Shown: one piece after another, positions 1 through 31,065 of the stretch | Layout: every line of letters starts with the position of its first letter | Numbering within the stretch: position 1 is the stretch's first letter | Source: Bugula neritina | Lineage: Eukaryota > Animalia > Bryozoa | Assembly: GCA_964035545.1 (NCBI GenBank) | Contig: OZ037765.1 | Span: forward strand, 30,937,504-31,001,503 | Length of the DNA stretch: 64,000 nt | Reading direction: 5' to 3' | Translations under genes and position numbers: made by a program | Notes under the pieces: model-generated | What the model was told of the DNA's origin: nothing | What the model saw: only the letters and a program-made list of their open reading frames with translations | The model's database searches: none

Positions 1-367
1 CAGGTGGTGACAGAGATCACATGACCATAGATAATAAAGTATGGAGGAATATACCAGTGAGGAAGCAACTTCCAATATGACACACGCTTTAGACACAACA
101 GAATGCAACGAGAAGAAAGCCTACAGTTTTATAGCATAGCAACAATTGTCACAGGTGTGCGCATGTTCATTTCTGTACTTCCCTGACAACTTCAACATGT
201 AGCTTATGATAAAAAATTGAAAATTAAAGATTTTTGAAACCTATCTAGTGCCGTTAGCTCATCTACACCCCAACACTGTAGAATATCTATGATGTTAAAC
301 AGTCAAGTAGTGAATACACAGCTGAGCTATACGCATCACACAGAACTCATTATCCACCTGCACCCAC

Positions 368-16797
<16,430 letters not shown>

Positions 16798-18974
16798 TGT
16801 TTCCAGCAGCTGATCTCCAGATAAGTGAGTGACCAGACGCCAGCTAATATATGGCAATCACCTGCAACCAACGAGTCTCGTAGTCACAACTCATGAGAAC
16901 TTATGAAGACAAGATCTAGCAGCTGATGGTTTATCATGGCTCATTATTCAGCCACATTTTTGACATACTTAATTTTTTTATAAGCTGTGTTACGCAATGT
17001 AAACTCTTCGTGTTCAGTGTCAATGAAGTTAAACAATAAAGAACTAAAATTGTTGGATTCATACAACAATAAAACCATTGTTAGCTTCTTTCAGGATACA
17101 CAATAAATTGCAGGACACACAGCTAATAAAAATCAAAAAACTTTTTTCCAAACTCGAAAAGTTTTTTTCAGTATGCCGCTAAACAGTTGAACAATATTTA
17201 ATGTAGAAATTAGACTTGGTCATCCTGTTAGATTTACTCACACTTGAACAACTTAAACCCCAACAAATACAGACATGCTAGCTTCAAGATATTTTAAAAA
17301 GTTGTTTATGTTAAAATGATAACCACTGTCAACTTGGAAATGATGAGCTTTCAGTGCACTTATTAATTTTTGAATCATCATAACACTGTAGCAGTACACG
17401 TTTCTATTTCCTATTTCAAAACAATGTTCACTGGAGTTAAATGTTTTTATGTGCTGATTGAGACATATGCCAATCAAGTTTAGAACATTAATGTTCGTGA
17501 AACTAGAATTGCATTGGTTTACTAAATAGTTTACTAGGGCATATCTAAACTAATGATTTGCTACATTTATTATCTATTATACTAATAAAGTTTAAAGATT
17601 AAAGTTCTTTATTGTTTTATTCCAAGCTTGTAATAAATCGATTAAGCAAAGAAATTGATTTTTCTAGACTGTAAGTATAACACTGGCAGTATGGGCACAG
17701 GTTATCATTGAAATTAAAAGTATAACTCATTGATTTCTTTTCCAATTTCATCTACATGCCAATAACCTAGTGCTCATTCAGGTTACTAGATTAAATGCAT
17801 ATATAAATGTATAGTAATTATAACCTCTCAACTGAACACAAGAGATCATCTTAATTTAATCTATTAGCAATAGGCCTGGATTAAAAAGAGGATTAATAAT
17901 AATTAAATTTCATTCACTTTTACTGCAACTAAGGTTAGTATAAGACTAAGTACCACAAAGACTCAAAACAATTGTGATAAATATATTATAAAAATCTTAT
18001 TGATAATTGTTTGTGGATTAGTCTAATTTAAATACCACCTGATACTCAGATCGCAGCCAAAACTTTGCAAATTTTACTCAATTTAAACTAATTACCAATT
18101 TTAATTTATTGCACTATTTTTGTAGTTGAAATCCTTAGCAATTTTTTGAAAATAATTAATTAGAATGCTCTAAACTTGTATAGCCTGTCAAATCTAACAA
18201 ATCCATCAGAATTTTATTGATCAATATATAAAAACTACTGCTGCAGTTCAAGCTTTCTTTTAAGTCTTATGACTGTTAAATTGTGAGTTTAACCTATTTA
18301 TTAGCTTACTATCATTGCAACTGATGGCAAGCCTTTGCCTGGTATAAGTATAACTATTTTTAGAGAACACAGGATAGCCACTGTAATGGAATTAGCTTTG
18401 GAATGTCAGTGAATTTGCCTTAGGTCTAAAAATAGCTAAGTAATTTAGTCTTGGAATTATCTCATCTAAGCGGTAGAAAAAAATATTACATAATTAATGA
18501 ATTAAATTCAATTAGTACTGTATACCAGTATAGCAGTAGCTTTAAAATTTAGAGTTATATAGAGTCATAGGAGCTTACTAAAAAAGTTCTCAAAAAACAA
18601 CTAGGTCTCCTGCAAGAAAAATTACTATTTAGATATTTATCATTATTATTACTATTGCCAGTATTGGTATTTGGTAAAGATTTATGCTTCATTACACTCA
18701 TAATACTCATATCATTAAATTTAATATCAGTAACACCAACTCAGAGTAAAACTAAAAGTAAGTAATTTTTGTGACTAAATATATTCAAGTCACAGAAATT
18801 AGTTAATCACACTGCAATTGTAAATCACCGATTTACTTTTAGTAAAACTAAATGTTATAATGTAAACAACTTATTTACTTATATTTATAAGTTATAAGTT
18901 TAGGTTATAAATATAATTATATCATATATCGATATGTATGACTTAGTCTCATAAAACTGAATATAATTAATATC

Positions 18975-19415
18975 ACTTTAAATCAATATTACTTATACTT
19001 ATACACTAGTGACTATTACTATAGCTTTGAACTAATGTTGATGTTATCAACTTTAACTTCAACTTAAAGAGTTACGCTTACAGCTACAGTCTCAGTCATA
19101 TTCATATTGATATTCATTGTGATTGTCACTTACAGTTACTGTTAATAACTGAGTTACTCTAACGGTAACTCTCACTCTGTCTCTTGGTCTTACTCTTGGA
19201 CTTAGCTTAAGCTTTCCAACTAGACTAACTATAACTTTAACTTAGTTAATGGCTAAAATTACCAATCATAATATAATTATTACTAGTTATAATGAGTAGT
19301 TAGATTTAATCATAGTGACTAAAACTGAAAGTAAGACAAAAATTAAAAGTAAAAATGAAATCACATCTATTTCTAATGGCTTAATCACATTCACTTTCAC
19401 TAATCAGTAATATTA
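18975..19415. other. Degenerate 6-bp periodic (ANWNTN)n tract in myosin intron 1
   Basis: e.g. acagtc tcagtc atattc atattg atattc attgtg attgtc ... acagtt actgtt ... actcta acggta actctc actctg. Confidence 0.75.
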
Positions 19416-19499
19416 ATTGTGTCTGTTGACAGCATGAAAAACTACCCGCCTACTGCTAGTAATAACACAATTTAAATTTTAGTTTGTACATGTAGGCGC

Positions 19500-19675
19500 G
19501 CATACCAGTTCCAAGATAAAGTTAAAATTTGATTCGAGTAAAATGAGTACTTCGCGTCTATTTCCCTCTTGCAGCCACTTTTGAAGTACAGGAATTAATT
19601 TCAATGAAGAACAGCCAATCTGTAGCTTACCGGAATCAGAGCAAGCTGTCACGTGATATCAAGAGCCACGCCTTG
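19500..19675 (-). promoter_or_regulatory. Putative myosin promoter and non-coding first exon
   Basis: Local CpG cluster, CCAAT near 19615, E-box GTCACGTGAT at 19648-19657, candidate donor CTG|gtatgc at 19506/19505; the acceptor of the ATG exon is at 16861. Confidence 0.55.
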
Positions 19676-22185
19676 AAGAAAATCTGTCAGCTATGTCATA
19701 GAGTTATCTTTCCCTCTATCGTCATTTTTATTTTGGTAACCATTCTCAAATTAATAGTAAAACAGAAGTAAAAACTTTATTTGCAGGCTTTATGTCAGCC
19801 AAACATCCTGAGATCATAATCAGAACTTCATAATATTGCTTTCTCTGTAAAATTATGTGACCATATAAGCCCATGCCTAGCATTTAACTAATGCATGGCA
19901 GTTAAAATGCATTATACTGGTAAAGAACTATTTTGAAACATTTCATAATTTTACAACATATAATCCATGCTTGTCTTTGAAGTATGTATCAACTGTGATA
20001 TACTGGAGTCAAATTTGTCACCAAAAGATACAATGATTTTAACAATAAATAATTTAGGAATTGTTGAATTTTCTGTTGTGTATTGTTTGTATAAAAGTTC
20101 ACTTCAAAATCTTTTCAGATTTGTAAATTATAATATTTTTAGATATACATTATAGCTCACCATGCAAATTTTATTTATGAAGTTCTCCTGTTCTTATTAG
20201 TAAATTTTTTTGTAGACAAAATAAAGATATATAATTACTATAAACCAAGGCTTGGTAACCCCTGGAGTACAGTTTGAGTTGGATATCCTTGGTTTATGAT
20301 ATAAAAAAGAAGACAACCCTTGACTGTGTTCAAAAAAGCTGACAAGTCACAAATATCACATGGTCTAGACTTTAAACAATTGGCAAAAAGCTAAAACAAA
20401 ACAGGCCCCACTGAGTTGAAATATAATTGATTAAAACAGTACTTTTAGCAAAAACCAATTAAATTTGCAATATTACTCTAGATGCTTTATGTTAGTTGCT
20501 TTAAAAACCAGAAATGTTAATCAATGTTTTTATTACAACAACTTTGTAAATAATAAAATAATTTTTTTTTATTTTGTGTCACTGTGTAAAAATAGAATGA
20601 AACTCATGAATGCTAATGTCCGTGTATTGGCTGCACAATTCTTGCACAACACTGAACATAAAATTACAAGCGAAATGTCTTCAAGCACCAAATTTTGGGC
20701 TTTGACGCATAAATTTAGAGCTGCATTTTTGTAAGTATTTTAAACAGTTTCAAAGAATGTCTAGCATTGTTCAAAGAGCTGCAACATAGTGCCTCGAAAA
20801 ACTTTTTTAAGACATAACTAGCAGATGTGCTATTTATAGTTATTATAGCCAATATAAAACAGTCATGGTTCAGCAATCAGAGGTATTGGTGTCCCACATC
20901 TGTTATAGCACATCAAGAAGAGAGAGATTTAATAATCTTCCTAGAGAATTGCCTGATGTTATTGAAACCAAATAGTTTAGATTTCATTGTTAGAATGCTA
21001 TTAGAGAGATCAAAGTTTCTCCTTTACTTTAGAAACAGTGTTGCCAACACCGTGTGAAGTTAAGTCACTCATTCACTGCTAAGTCAACATAAAACACTTT
21101 ACTCCTAAAGATTTTGGTCATAAACAAATAGGATTTTATTATTTTGATTAGATTTTCAAAATTAGATATTGTGTTTGATAAAAAAGTCCACGTTACATTT
21201 GAATTGAGACTATTTCCCCCCACACAGTATAATATGGAGAGGATAACCCTCTCAACTGGTGAACACACATTTGCTTCAATTACCTGTAAGTCGACTTTCT
21301 AATAATCCATCATTAAACTTAGCAATTATAAGCAGTTGAAATAAAATAAATCTGATGAGTCACCAGCAGCACCTACACAAATATTTCGCATGACAATAAA
21401 TTATAGAAACATGTTTAAACTAGAGGGGGAGTTGTGTATCCTATCAGTGATATTTCTTCTTGAATAGTAACTTTTTAAAGACAAAATATAATTATTTGTT
21501 AGTTAAATATAAGTTATATTACATACTTAGAATCTAGAATATCATCTTATTAGTTTGCTTTGGCAATTTTGTATACAGATTATCAGTATTTTGATGAAAG
21601 CACACTTCTGTCACAGAGAGGGGGTGTTTGACTTTTCAGGCACCAGAATGGAGTAAATTAATTGACTATTTCATGTGAGTTATTGACAAAAAAGAGATAT
21701 GAATACAGATATCTTAAAAATAATGTTTTATTTAGATATAATTATATGATTACATTCATAAATTTACAAACTTCATATAATTTACACAATCATTGCAGAG
21801 AGCAGAAACGTTGGTTATGTATATTAGAGTAGTTTAAAAATAATGATCTTTATACATAGGTAGCGAAATAGAGGAAAATTCTATGCAATAAACAGGCAAA
21901 TGCATAAATTGCTAATGAGCGATTGATGGGAATTAAAATATTTGTGAGTTTGAATACTTATCATTAATCATTACAAATTACATTATTACTACAACAATCA
22001 CGTAGAGTATAGACTCTGAGAAAATGACTAGCATAATTATGGTATTGGAGTTATTACATTTTCAAACCACTGTAAAGGGGACAGACAACTCCGTATGCAC
22101 CACAACTAATGTGAATACAGGCATGGGCAGCAGCTGTTTATCTCTAATACACTTTAAATGGTGGGTGTAGAACCGCAAAGCCTAT

Positions 22186-25100
22186 CTAAATAAGCACAAT
22201 CTTCTTGTCCTGTAAAATAGTAAAATACACTTTATCAAAACAGGATGTTGCAGTGAGATCCTGTAAGATTTAGGTATATTATATTCCCATTATATTCCGA
22301 CTCAGTGCTTATAACACAACTTTGCCACCTCTTTTAAAAAACAGCAACAATTTTAAAACTCAGCTCATTACAAGAGTAGATATTACACCACAATGAGAAC
22401 ATTTCATCATCTTTATACACTAGTAGTACTGCATGACATGCACAACTATTAACTATCATTTAAAACCTAAGGACTATCAAAAGTGCCAGTTCAACAACTG
22501 AAGTGAAGTAGAACTAGCGCCTATGAAATGGCTATAAGCCAGTTATAAAGGTCACATCTGCCAGCTTTAAAGGAGATGACACAATATTTCAAACTCATGA
22601 CAATTGATAGTCACCCAAAAGATACCCACCAAAATATCGACTACAATTGATGCTAGTATGTTACCACATTTATATATCATGATTTATAGAATGTATTTAG
22701 GTATTGGTGAATGGGATGTGGAGACAACTCTAAATATAGTTACACCATAGTTTAGTCACATGACTAACACTCACCTTGTGTTTGGTGCACAGCATAGAGA
22801 AATTCTCTTCATTCAGCAAACATTCTAAAACAGAAATGAAAAAAGAAATACAAAATATCTCCTTTAGCGTATTACACTTTGAACAACATGGATATTTGAG
22901 CACCGACAATTATATTAAAATAGAATTGGTGTTGGAGATGCTTCGGATGTAGGGTATTGATAAAGTAGCTAATTAAAATGATGAACTGTATATAAGCAGT
23001 TTATCTAGTGAAGTAATTAGAAGTAGTTGTATAATGAATGAAGCAGTCTAAGTGATGTAATAACATTATTCAATTACATAGTCTCCCATCTTCAAACATT
23101 AAACAAAGAAAGAGGGGAATCTGCCACCTGCCCACTTTGCATGACTCAGTGATAACTGATCACGTCAAACGATGATCAACAGAGGCAGTTTTTCCTTCCT
23201 ACACTCCTTCTACACACTCTACAGTCTACACTCCTTCTACACACTCTACAGTCTACACTCTCTACATACTCTACACACTCTACAGTCTACACACTCTACA
23301 GTCTACACTTTCTACACACTCTACAGTCTACACTCTCTACAGTCTACACACACTCTAAAACACTATGACTAGCCTAGATGTCACATCATCTTCTGCTGGT
23401 CACACACAGGTTGGAATCAACAACTTTGATACAAGCACCCATAAATAGAAATGTTAACGACCTCATTACACACTCCAACTAATGTATGTGCAGATCTATT
23501 GGGTTTAGCCCTGAATCCAATAGACACTTGTAACATGAGACACCATTTGTTTCTGAAAGAAAGCCAAACAAGCTCCAAACTCAAGCTCCAACCAGAAACA
23601 AGAAACTTGAGCTAAGTGAAAAATGACAACTATGCATGAGTAGGTGCAGCCACGCATTTCAAATGTGCCTTCGAATGCGCAACTCTCAACACTGACTGCA
23701 CTTTCCATTGCAGTGTGTTACACACTTGTGTTAATTGTCAGGCTACAAAAAATCTATGCTAGACTTCAATGTAGAGCTCAAAGTAACAGTCATCTTGGGC
23801 TACCAACATTTCACTACAACTAATTCAATGCACCAGCCCATTCTTAAACCGCAAATAAAAGTTTAAACAAACCCCAAACTCAGCAACAATTACTAGGGAA
23901 TGGAGCTTGACTGGACATATTATACCCTTCCATCATATTAGGTGGAGCATCAAAGAAGTGCAAATGTTGTGCCTGTCACCTTGTGACAGGTTTGCAAAGT
24001 GATAAGTACTGCAACACCTGCCCAAATACACACCTTCGCTCTGCTTGCCAACGCAATATTTCAGGACATGAGCTTACTTATGTTACGTAAGCAACTTAGA
24101 GTAGCTGCCAGCAAACATTACCACAGCTATCAGGGACACACAGCAGCGCCCTATCTGCCTACTTTTCACCCGGCTGTGGAATGTAGGATTTGCCAAGGCA
24201 GTAGAGCGTAGACTTGTTACTAGATGTCAATTAGAAAACTTTATAAATCTAGCGCAGTAATTAATTTACACAACCCAATACTCTAAAAGATGTCATTATC
24301 TTTCTAATGCTTTAATAGCTTGTCTAAAAGCTCCATGGAAACCTCCAACAAAGTGCCACATTTTAAAGAGAAGTAGAGTATATCTATAGAAACAGTGCCA
24401 GCTTCTTTCTAACCAGCAACGTACACTACTGCAGAACACACAAGAGGGTCTCTAGTGAAGTAATTAGCCCTTAGTGCTTGGCTCCCACTGCTAGAGAGCG
24501 TCAAATCATACCATGTATTGTCAGTACAGTCAGAAAGCACTTGGCAGTAAATAGTTTTAACATTACATAATACGTAATGAGCTTCCTTTTGTTGTGATTC
24601 TGTGTCAAAAAATTGTTTTTGGAGGAAATGGAACCAGTTTCCCAGTTTCGTTATCAGTCAGACCATAGCCTTAGGTTTATCAATGTAGCCTAAGTCATAA
24701 ATAAACATTTCTCAAACAAGGGGGTGGTAACACCAGCTTACAATAAGATTGGGATTCTCTAGCGATCTACCGTGCAGCTATGCTGCATATTAGAAACATT
24801 GGTCAACTTGACTTTTACAGATCGATAATTCTTACACTGCTTTACCAGACCAACTCTTGGTAGCGTGATTTGGCTGCTAAAAAGGTTCAGACTGCTGCCA
24901 ATATTTTCCTCATATATTTATCTACACCAACCCTGTAACCGCATACACATTCTACAGCTCACCTACCTGGAATATTAATGACTAGCACCTCAACCAAGAG
25001 ACATAAATCCAAAACAAAAACTTGACCTGTACACACAGCTGCACATATAGAGGGGAAACTGCTATAAGTCAAGAGGTATGCAGTCCCGAAGTATGTCCAG

Positions 25101-28100
25101 TATGTGTGGCTACACATTGCTAAACTTGTCTTCTTTCCTAACAAAGTTTCGCCAGCAATGGAAAGGTCAATTATTAGGTTAATGCAAAGGTATTGGTGCC
25201 AAAATTTTCATTTTTCTGCCTACGTGTACAGACTACAGTATGTGTACAGCATGCAGTGTACAGTGTGTGTAGATTGTGTAGTGTGCACAGTGCATGGTGT
25301 GTGTAGTGTACAATGTACAGTGTGTAGTGCACAGTGTACAGTGTGTAGTGCACAGTGTACAGTGTGTGTAGTGCACAGTGTGTGTAGATTGTGTAGTGTG
25401 CACAGTGCATGGTGTGTGTAGTGTACAATGTGTGTAGTGTACAGTGTGTAGTGTACAGTGTGTAGTGTACAGTGTGTAGTGTACAGTGTGTAGCGCACAG
25501 TATGTAGTGTACAGTGTTGTAGTGTACAGTGTGTAGTGTGTAGTGTACAGTGTCTAGTGTGTAACAACACCACACGACTCTATATAAAACCAGTGAAGTA
25601 GCAAGTCTGTACACTCAAACTGATAGCTGTAAGCTGGCAGAATTCCACTACTACCTCACTTTGTATAAGGAACTGCAAGGATATTACGCATCAGTAGCAC
25701 AACATGAGATAAACAAACTTCTGCAGCACTAATACCACAAGGAGGGAGTTACGTATATACAACAACCGTATATACAACAACCGGCTACACCCACCAGCCA
25801 TGCTCTATAAACTTCCTATTAACTGAAGCTAATGGCATTCATAAGAACTCAACTTTTACTACCACAGAAAATGATTTGTCAACTCAAACTGAAGAGATTT
25901 CCCTATAGCTAATCTGTACAGTGCTTTTGTCCCAGTCAGTGAGGGGACAATTCCTTGCAAAAAAGATGAATTCCTTTCAAGTAGCTTAGAGTAGAGAGTT
26001 TTTGCCTATAACAATTACACCTATGACTAATCATATAATCAGCCTAGCATCCCAGTGGAGTAATATCCTCACCTCACACAGCTACTGCTAGTAGTTACAT
26101 AAATTAGTGAGATGAATGTGCACCAGTTGACTACACACATAATATTCAACACTCTGTTCTGAGGGAAACCACTAAGTTGTATAGAAGAGTAGATATCAGT
26201 TAGGAGCACAATGACTGTACTAATATCTCCACTAAAGAATCACAACAGATTAGTTGGTTGATGGCAACATCCATTAAAGGGTCGGTGGTTAACTAATCCC
26301 TTGAATTGTTGTTCAAGTACCTGAAGATGAATAAGAATGCTTAGCTCGAGAACCTAGACTAAGGAGAAGATAGCAGTAGGGGCGTTACCTGCACTGAGGG
26401 CACAGTGTATGTGATATCTGTATGTGCAGCCTTTGCAGAAACACCCCAATATTGCACCTTTCTTCTTACACAGGGAGCAGGTCTACAAAGTAAAGTTCTG
26501 CAGATGTAAAAATAGACATCATTGATTTTATTGCTAGTAGTAAGAGAGCAACTAACCACGCAGCATTATTCACTTACATCTAATAGGTTATGCTGCCTAA
26601 TGACCCTTGTTGACATTGCATGCCATAAACTATGTAGTATAACTAGCCGCTATCCTGCATCCAGCCACACAGCGCAGTAGACTAATGATAACACACCTTT
26701 GTAATCTAAAAATCTAGTTGGCAATAAACCTATCATCACATACTCACAGTTTGAAATGCAGCGGTTAAAGCTTCATATATTCCGTATAACTTCCCGGCCA
26801 CCATATAAACTCCCGGCGCCCAGATGATGCACTTCTCATGAAACCAGATCTCATTGGCCGGCCCAGTAGGTGGGTCAAGGTGAAGTTGTTGCCTCAGGTC
26901 AGACGTCTTTCTGTGGGATATGAGTTTGGCAGGTAAAGGCACGTTTGCCTGCACACTGTACCCTCCGAATAAGTCACCCATGTCCTTGTAGTTAGAGATC
27001 TGATTGCAAAACACACACACCCACGGGTCCGACGACACTGGTAACTTCAGCTCTGTACCCGATGCACTCTGTTTTTGGGTTGAGTTCTTTGATTTTTTGA
27101 TATGTAAGGATTTCACTCGGTTATGGACGGATGAAGTTAAGTTGTGAGATTGTGAAGAGGCTGGTGCCAGCATGGAATTTGGTGCAGATGAAGAACCAGC
27201 GGCAGCGGAGACTGCATCAACTGGCAGGGCAGTGTCAGCGGGATCTATCTGACTCTTACCGGTGCTGCTGGTGCTGTTACTTCTAATTCTATGATCTAAC
27301 AGTTTGGTTTTCTTATTCTTAGAACCAAGAGGTCTTCCTCGCTTGCGTTTACCAGAAAAGCACACTTCACCGGCATCGCTGCTGACAACTCTCATCAGAG
27401 CTTTCTGCATTTCACTCACACTCGCTTTCGGCTTTTTGGGAGGCGAAACAAGCACGGCATTTGATTTTTCATCGAGTGCAGTCGACTTCTTCTCATGTGA
27501 TGCTGACAGTTCGTCATCTTTTCGCTCTGCTGAGTCAGTGCAAAAGTTGTTTTCCTCATAGGTAATCTTGAGGCCAGGATTGAATTTAGGACTGTGCAGC
27601 AACGAACCACTATGCACGGGTTTCTTTAGCTTCTCCTTGCTTGATTGTTTTCTCTCTTTAACGAGAGCAGGCTCTGGCAGCGACAACTGATACTCCTTCT
27701 CCACTGCTGCCTCGGCTGCTGCAGTCAGCTGGGCAGCGGCTAGAGCAGACTTGGCAGCTTCCCGAAGACGTATGGCCTCCTTGCTTGGACGACCGCGCTT
27801 CTTGAGTGGAACAGGAACTGTGAGAGATTCTGTGTGCTCTGATAACTGCTGTTTCCTCTTCCTGGGCGGCAGTCGGGACTCATCACCCATCGACTGTTTA
27901 CTGGAGCAACTATTGGACAAGGAATTGCCGTTATTATCCACCGACGAGTTACTAATAAAACTGTCATTCAGGTCGCTCGCTGACGATAAGCTGTTGGGCT
28001 GAGATGCTGCTGCCGCCTCAACTACATGTTTGTGTTTATTTTCAGGTGAATTAATATTAGATTCACTTCTATTTTCGTTGCAGGCATCCATTTTAGGTGA

Positions 28101-31065
28101 AGATTGCATTTTATCTGAACTAGGAGTTGGTGCCTTGTCATCGGGCAGCAGTGCTGGACCAGTGCTGCCGTTATCAATATCATCGTTAAGTATGTCAGGG
28201 GAAGGTTTGACTGGTGGAGGACTACCTTCGCTCTTATTGGACGTTGTAGAGGTGTCATGCTCTTCATCATTGTCTTTATCTACTTGCTCGCTGTCGATGC
28301 CGCTGTCTGCTGCCGTCTCCTTACGCTTCGACTCATCGTCTTCGTCCACAGAATCCTTGTCTTTCAAATTGGTTTCCTTCATCGGATTTGGTATTGACTG
28401 ATCCTTGTTAGGTACATCCGTTATTACTCTGTCTTCACTGGGAGGTAAAGTCACTTCTGATATAGCATTAGAACTGTGTGCTTTGGAAGGGGCCGCCTCC
28501 ACATTCGACTGCTTGCTCTGAGACTTAGCCGAGCAGTTCTTGGAGGTAGAAGTCTTAGACTGTCTCTTATTGGATACGGGTGCAGCCACTGCGGCCATCG
28601 AGTGTTCACAAGATAGAGGAGCGGCCATGTTGGTGGATATGCAGCCATTGCCATGCTGATAGGCTTGTGAATGGGAGCTGACTATGCCGTTGCTGCCAGT
28701 CGCTGCTGGACTTAGCTTTTGGGTATTATACTGCTCGGGCAGGTGACTAATGGCTGCAAGACGCTCTACGGATTGTCTATGGTCAAGGTCGGGTGTCATG
28801 CAGCCGTTGATAGTGCCATTACCGTAGTAGGCCATATTGGAAGGGGGAGGGGCCGGAGCCGGCCCGTTATGCTGTGAATGTCTGTTACTAGATTGTAGGT
28901 TTGACTGGTGATAGTTATACATAGAGGCTGTGGACTGTACATGCGGAGACAGAAGTGGTCTCTCTCCCATAGAGTGGCTACTACCTACAAAACACCAAAG
29001 GAAGATACTGGAACATACTTAGTGGTTACCTTTTGTACGCAACTCTCTAATCTAGAAAACAAGGGTCACCTGCCTCATAACACGAGTGATAAGCAAATCC
29101 CCCACTAAGTTATGCTACAATCTAACCACAGTTGCACAAACTATGCCATCACTGCGGCTTGTGTGAATCTCAAGTAAAAGCACCTTATTTCGCAAACATC
29201 CATAAATTAGAGAAAATATGACCTGTGAACAAAATAATGTTGGAATTAATATTCTATACCCTTGATAAACAAGCTTTGCTGTTCACAACTTGCTAAGTGC
29301 TCAGTAGTGGTGACAAAGAGCCATTACCTGTCATGCAATTAATTATTACTATATAATGTAGTGCTTTGCATTAGTAATACAGCATATGTGGCAACGAAAT
29401 AAAATAAAATGGTTAACAACACAACTATAACCATGGAATCAGTAGCAGGTAAAGCAGCATCACTAGTCAGTGATTTCTGACCCAGAGTCTATTTCTAGTG
29501 GGTGGCAGTGTAACCCCCCTCCCCGTGCAATACATGTGACAGGGTAGAACCCTGGCTAAGCCAACTATGTTGTATATACTGCTGTACTATGCCACTGACA
29601 ATGTTATACACCAAAACAGTAAGTGTTTATTTACCCAAAAAGTGTAAACAAAACTGGACTGACAAAAACAAAAGAGAGAAAATTTAGGTCAATCATTAAC
29701 CTAGACACAATTAGAACCATTTTCTGAGTAAACAAGTGTGTGGGAAGTCATTATCACACCTGAATCTAAAGCTGACAAAGTCTATGAACTGATGCATAAC
29801 ATCAGCTTGTACGGGGAAAGTGATGACAAGGCTATATATATGTACACACAAGAATCATACAAGAAAGAGTTACCTGCAGGCGAATGGAGTGAGTTGGCGG
29901 GACTGGGCCCCGTCCGCACACTGAGTGTATGGCCATTGGTTCCAGGGCTATAGGGGTTAGTCATGGTGGGGGGTAAAGGCGGGGTCTGTTGCTGGTAGCT
30001 GTAAGCCTGCAAGAGTTACACAGTTCAGCATAAAAGTACACTTGGAGGAAGGCCACGGCGACCACGGAGGTATGCAGGTGTAATAACACAATGGATGCTG
30101 TACTTACGTGTGCTGCCATGTTGTATATTGAGTCAGCAATCTGCTGCGGATTTGCACCGACACGACCTTGGTGCTGAGCCGAGTTGTACGCTGCTTGCAT
30201 GATGTGGGCTTGCTGCCGATATTGCATGTACTGGTGAGCTCCAAAATTATACTGTATGTTACCGGGGACAGGGCCAACCTGGAGATAGAGGCAGCGTATA
30301 TAAGATAGAGGCAGAGTATAGAAGATAGAGGCAGCGTATATGAGATAGAGGCAGCGTATATGAGATAGAGGCAGCGTATAGGAAATACAGAAAGCAGAGT
30401 ATAGAAGATACAGTTTCACCATGTGAGCTGAATACCAGCTTATAACTTAAAACAGTGCTTAGGGTTTAAACCTCACCCTCTGTGAGATAGTCTAGTGCAA
30501 TGTGAGTCAACGCGTTAAGTTAAACTTATATAACAGCAACACAACTCGACAATAAACTACTGGTAGCTACCTGCTGCGGGATGACACACTGCTCATTGAA
30601 CGGCATCTCTGTTGCGCCTCCCCCACCCCCATACTGACCATATGGCACCATCATTTCTACAACATGAAGTATAAGGATATCAGCGAGTCAGTCTGTGGCA
30701 GCCCTGGTTAATATATATTCAGCAAAAGTCGCACTTATAACTTTATAGTCACTAGATATGAAGTGACACTCACCCTGACCAGAGTAGTATACTCCAGGGT
30801 AATTCCCATTCATATTTTGGTAGGTAAAGCCTTGTTTACTCTCCCCTATAACAAAAGGCAGGTTGTATTAGCACTCTATAAACACACACTTTATAAGCCT
30901 ACACTGTATAAGCATATTCTCTACAATCATACTCTCAATAAGCATACACCCTATAAACACACACTCTATAAGCATACACTTTATATCTGATTTGTTATTA
31001 TAGTTTATTTCACAAGACCCTCTGGTTTTCTTGTGCCTACCTGAAGCAAATCCTCTGTTATCCAT
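22186..31065 (-). CDS. RAI1: RAI1/TCF20-like chromatin protein: low-complexity N-terminus, two AT-hooks and a C-terminal extended PHD finger
   Basis: Exons 31065-31041, 30845-30774, 30656-30571, 30278-30108, 30006-29874, 28984-26748, 26482-26389, 22824-22775, 22209-22186, all in frame. AT-hooks KKRGRPSK and KRKRGRPLGSKNK. ePHD: CVFC...GDLFG...EIWFHEKCIIWAPGVYMVAGKLYGI...CSLCKKKGAILGC...CTYRYHIHCA...CLLNEENFSMLCTKHK. The one-large-exon then 94-nt then 50-nt layout matches RAI1/TCF20 as I recall it. The N-terminal exons are less certain. Confidence 0.9.
23197..23357. repeat. Low-complexity tandem repeat (ctacacactctacagt family)
   Basis: Repeated ctacac/ctacag sub-units. Confidence 0.85.
25242..25563. 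repeat. 14-bp-based tandem repeat (agtgtacagtgtgt family)
   Basis: Repeated gtgtagtgtacagt; explains the overlapping HTVHY/CTV ORFs. Confidence 0.9.
30283..30380. repeat. 20-bp tandem repeat, 5 copies
   Basis: Unit agatagaggcagcgtatatg; its last unit supplies the pyrimidine tract of the acceptor at 30279. Confidence 0.9.
30873..30985. repeat. Degenerate 15-bp tandem repeat, about 7 copies
   Basis: Unit ctataagcatacact (LYKHT in the ORF track). Confidence 0.85.

Noticed and set aside
19967-21268. Short ORFs between the myosin promoter and the RAI1-like 3' end
   Set aside because: No recognisable motifs or consistent splice structure; probably intergenic or decayed repeat.
25104-25614. Cys/His-rich ORFs resembling metal-binding proteins
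   Set aside because: Products of a simple tandem repeat open in several frames.
27304-28654. Antisense and alternate-frame ORFs within the large RAI1-like exon (and similar ones over myosin exons)
   Set aside because: Shadow ORFs of real coding exons.
29482-29554. Tiny MITE with CCAGRGT-like ends
   Set aside because: The inverted ends are too short and imperfect, and there is no TSD.
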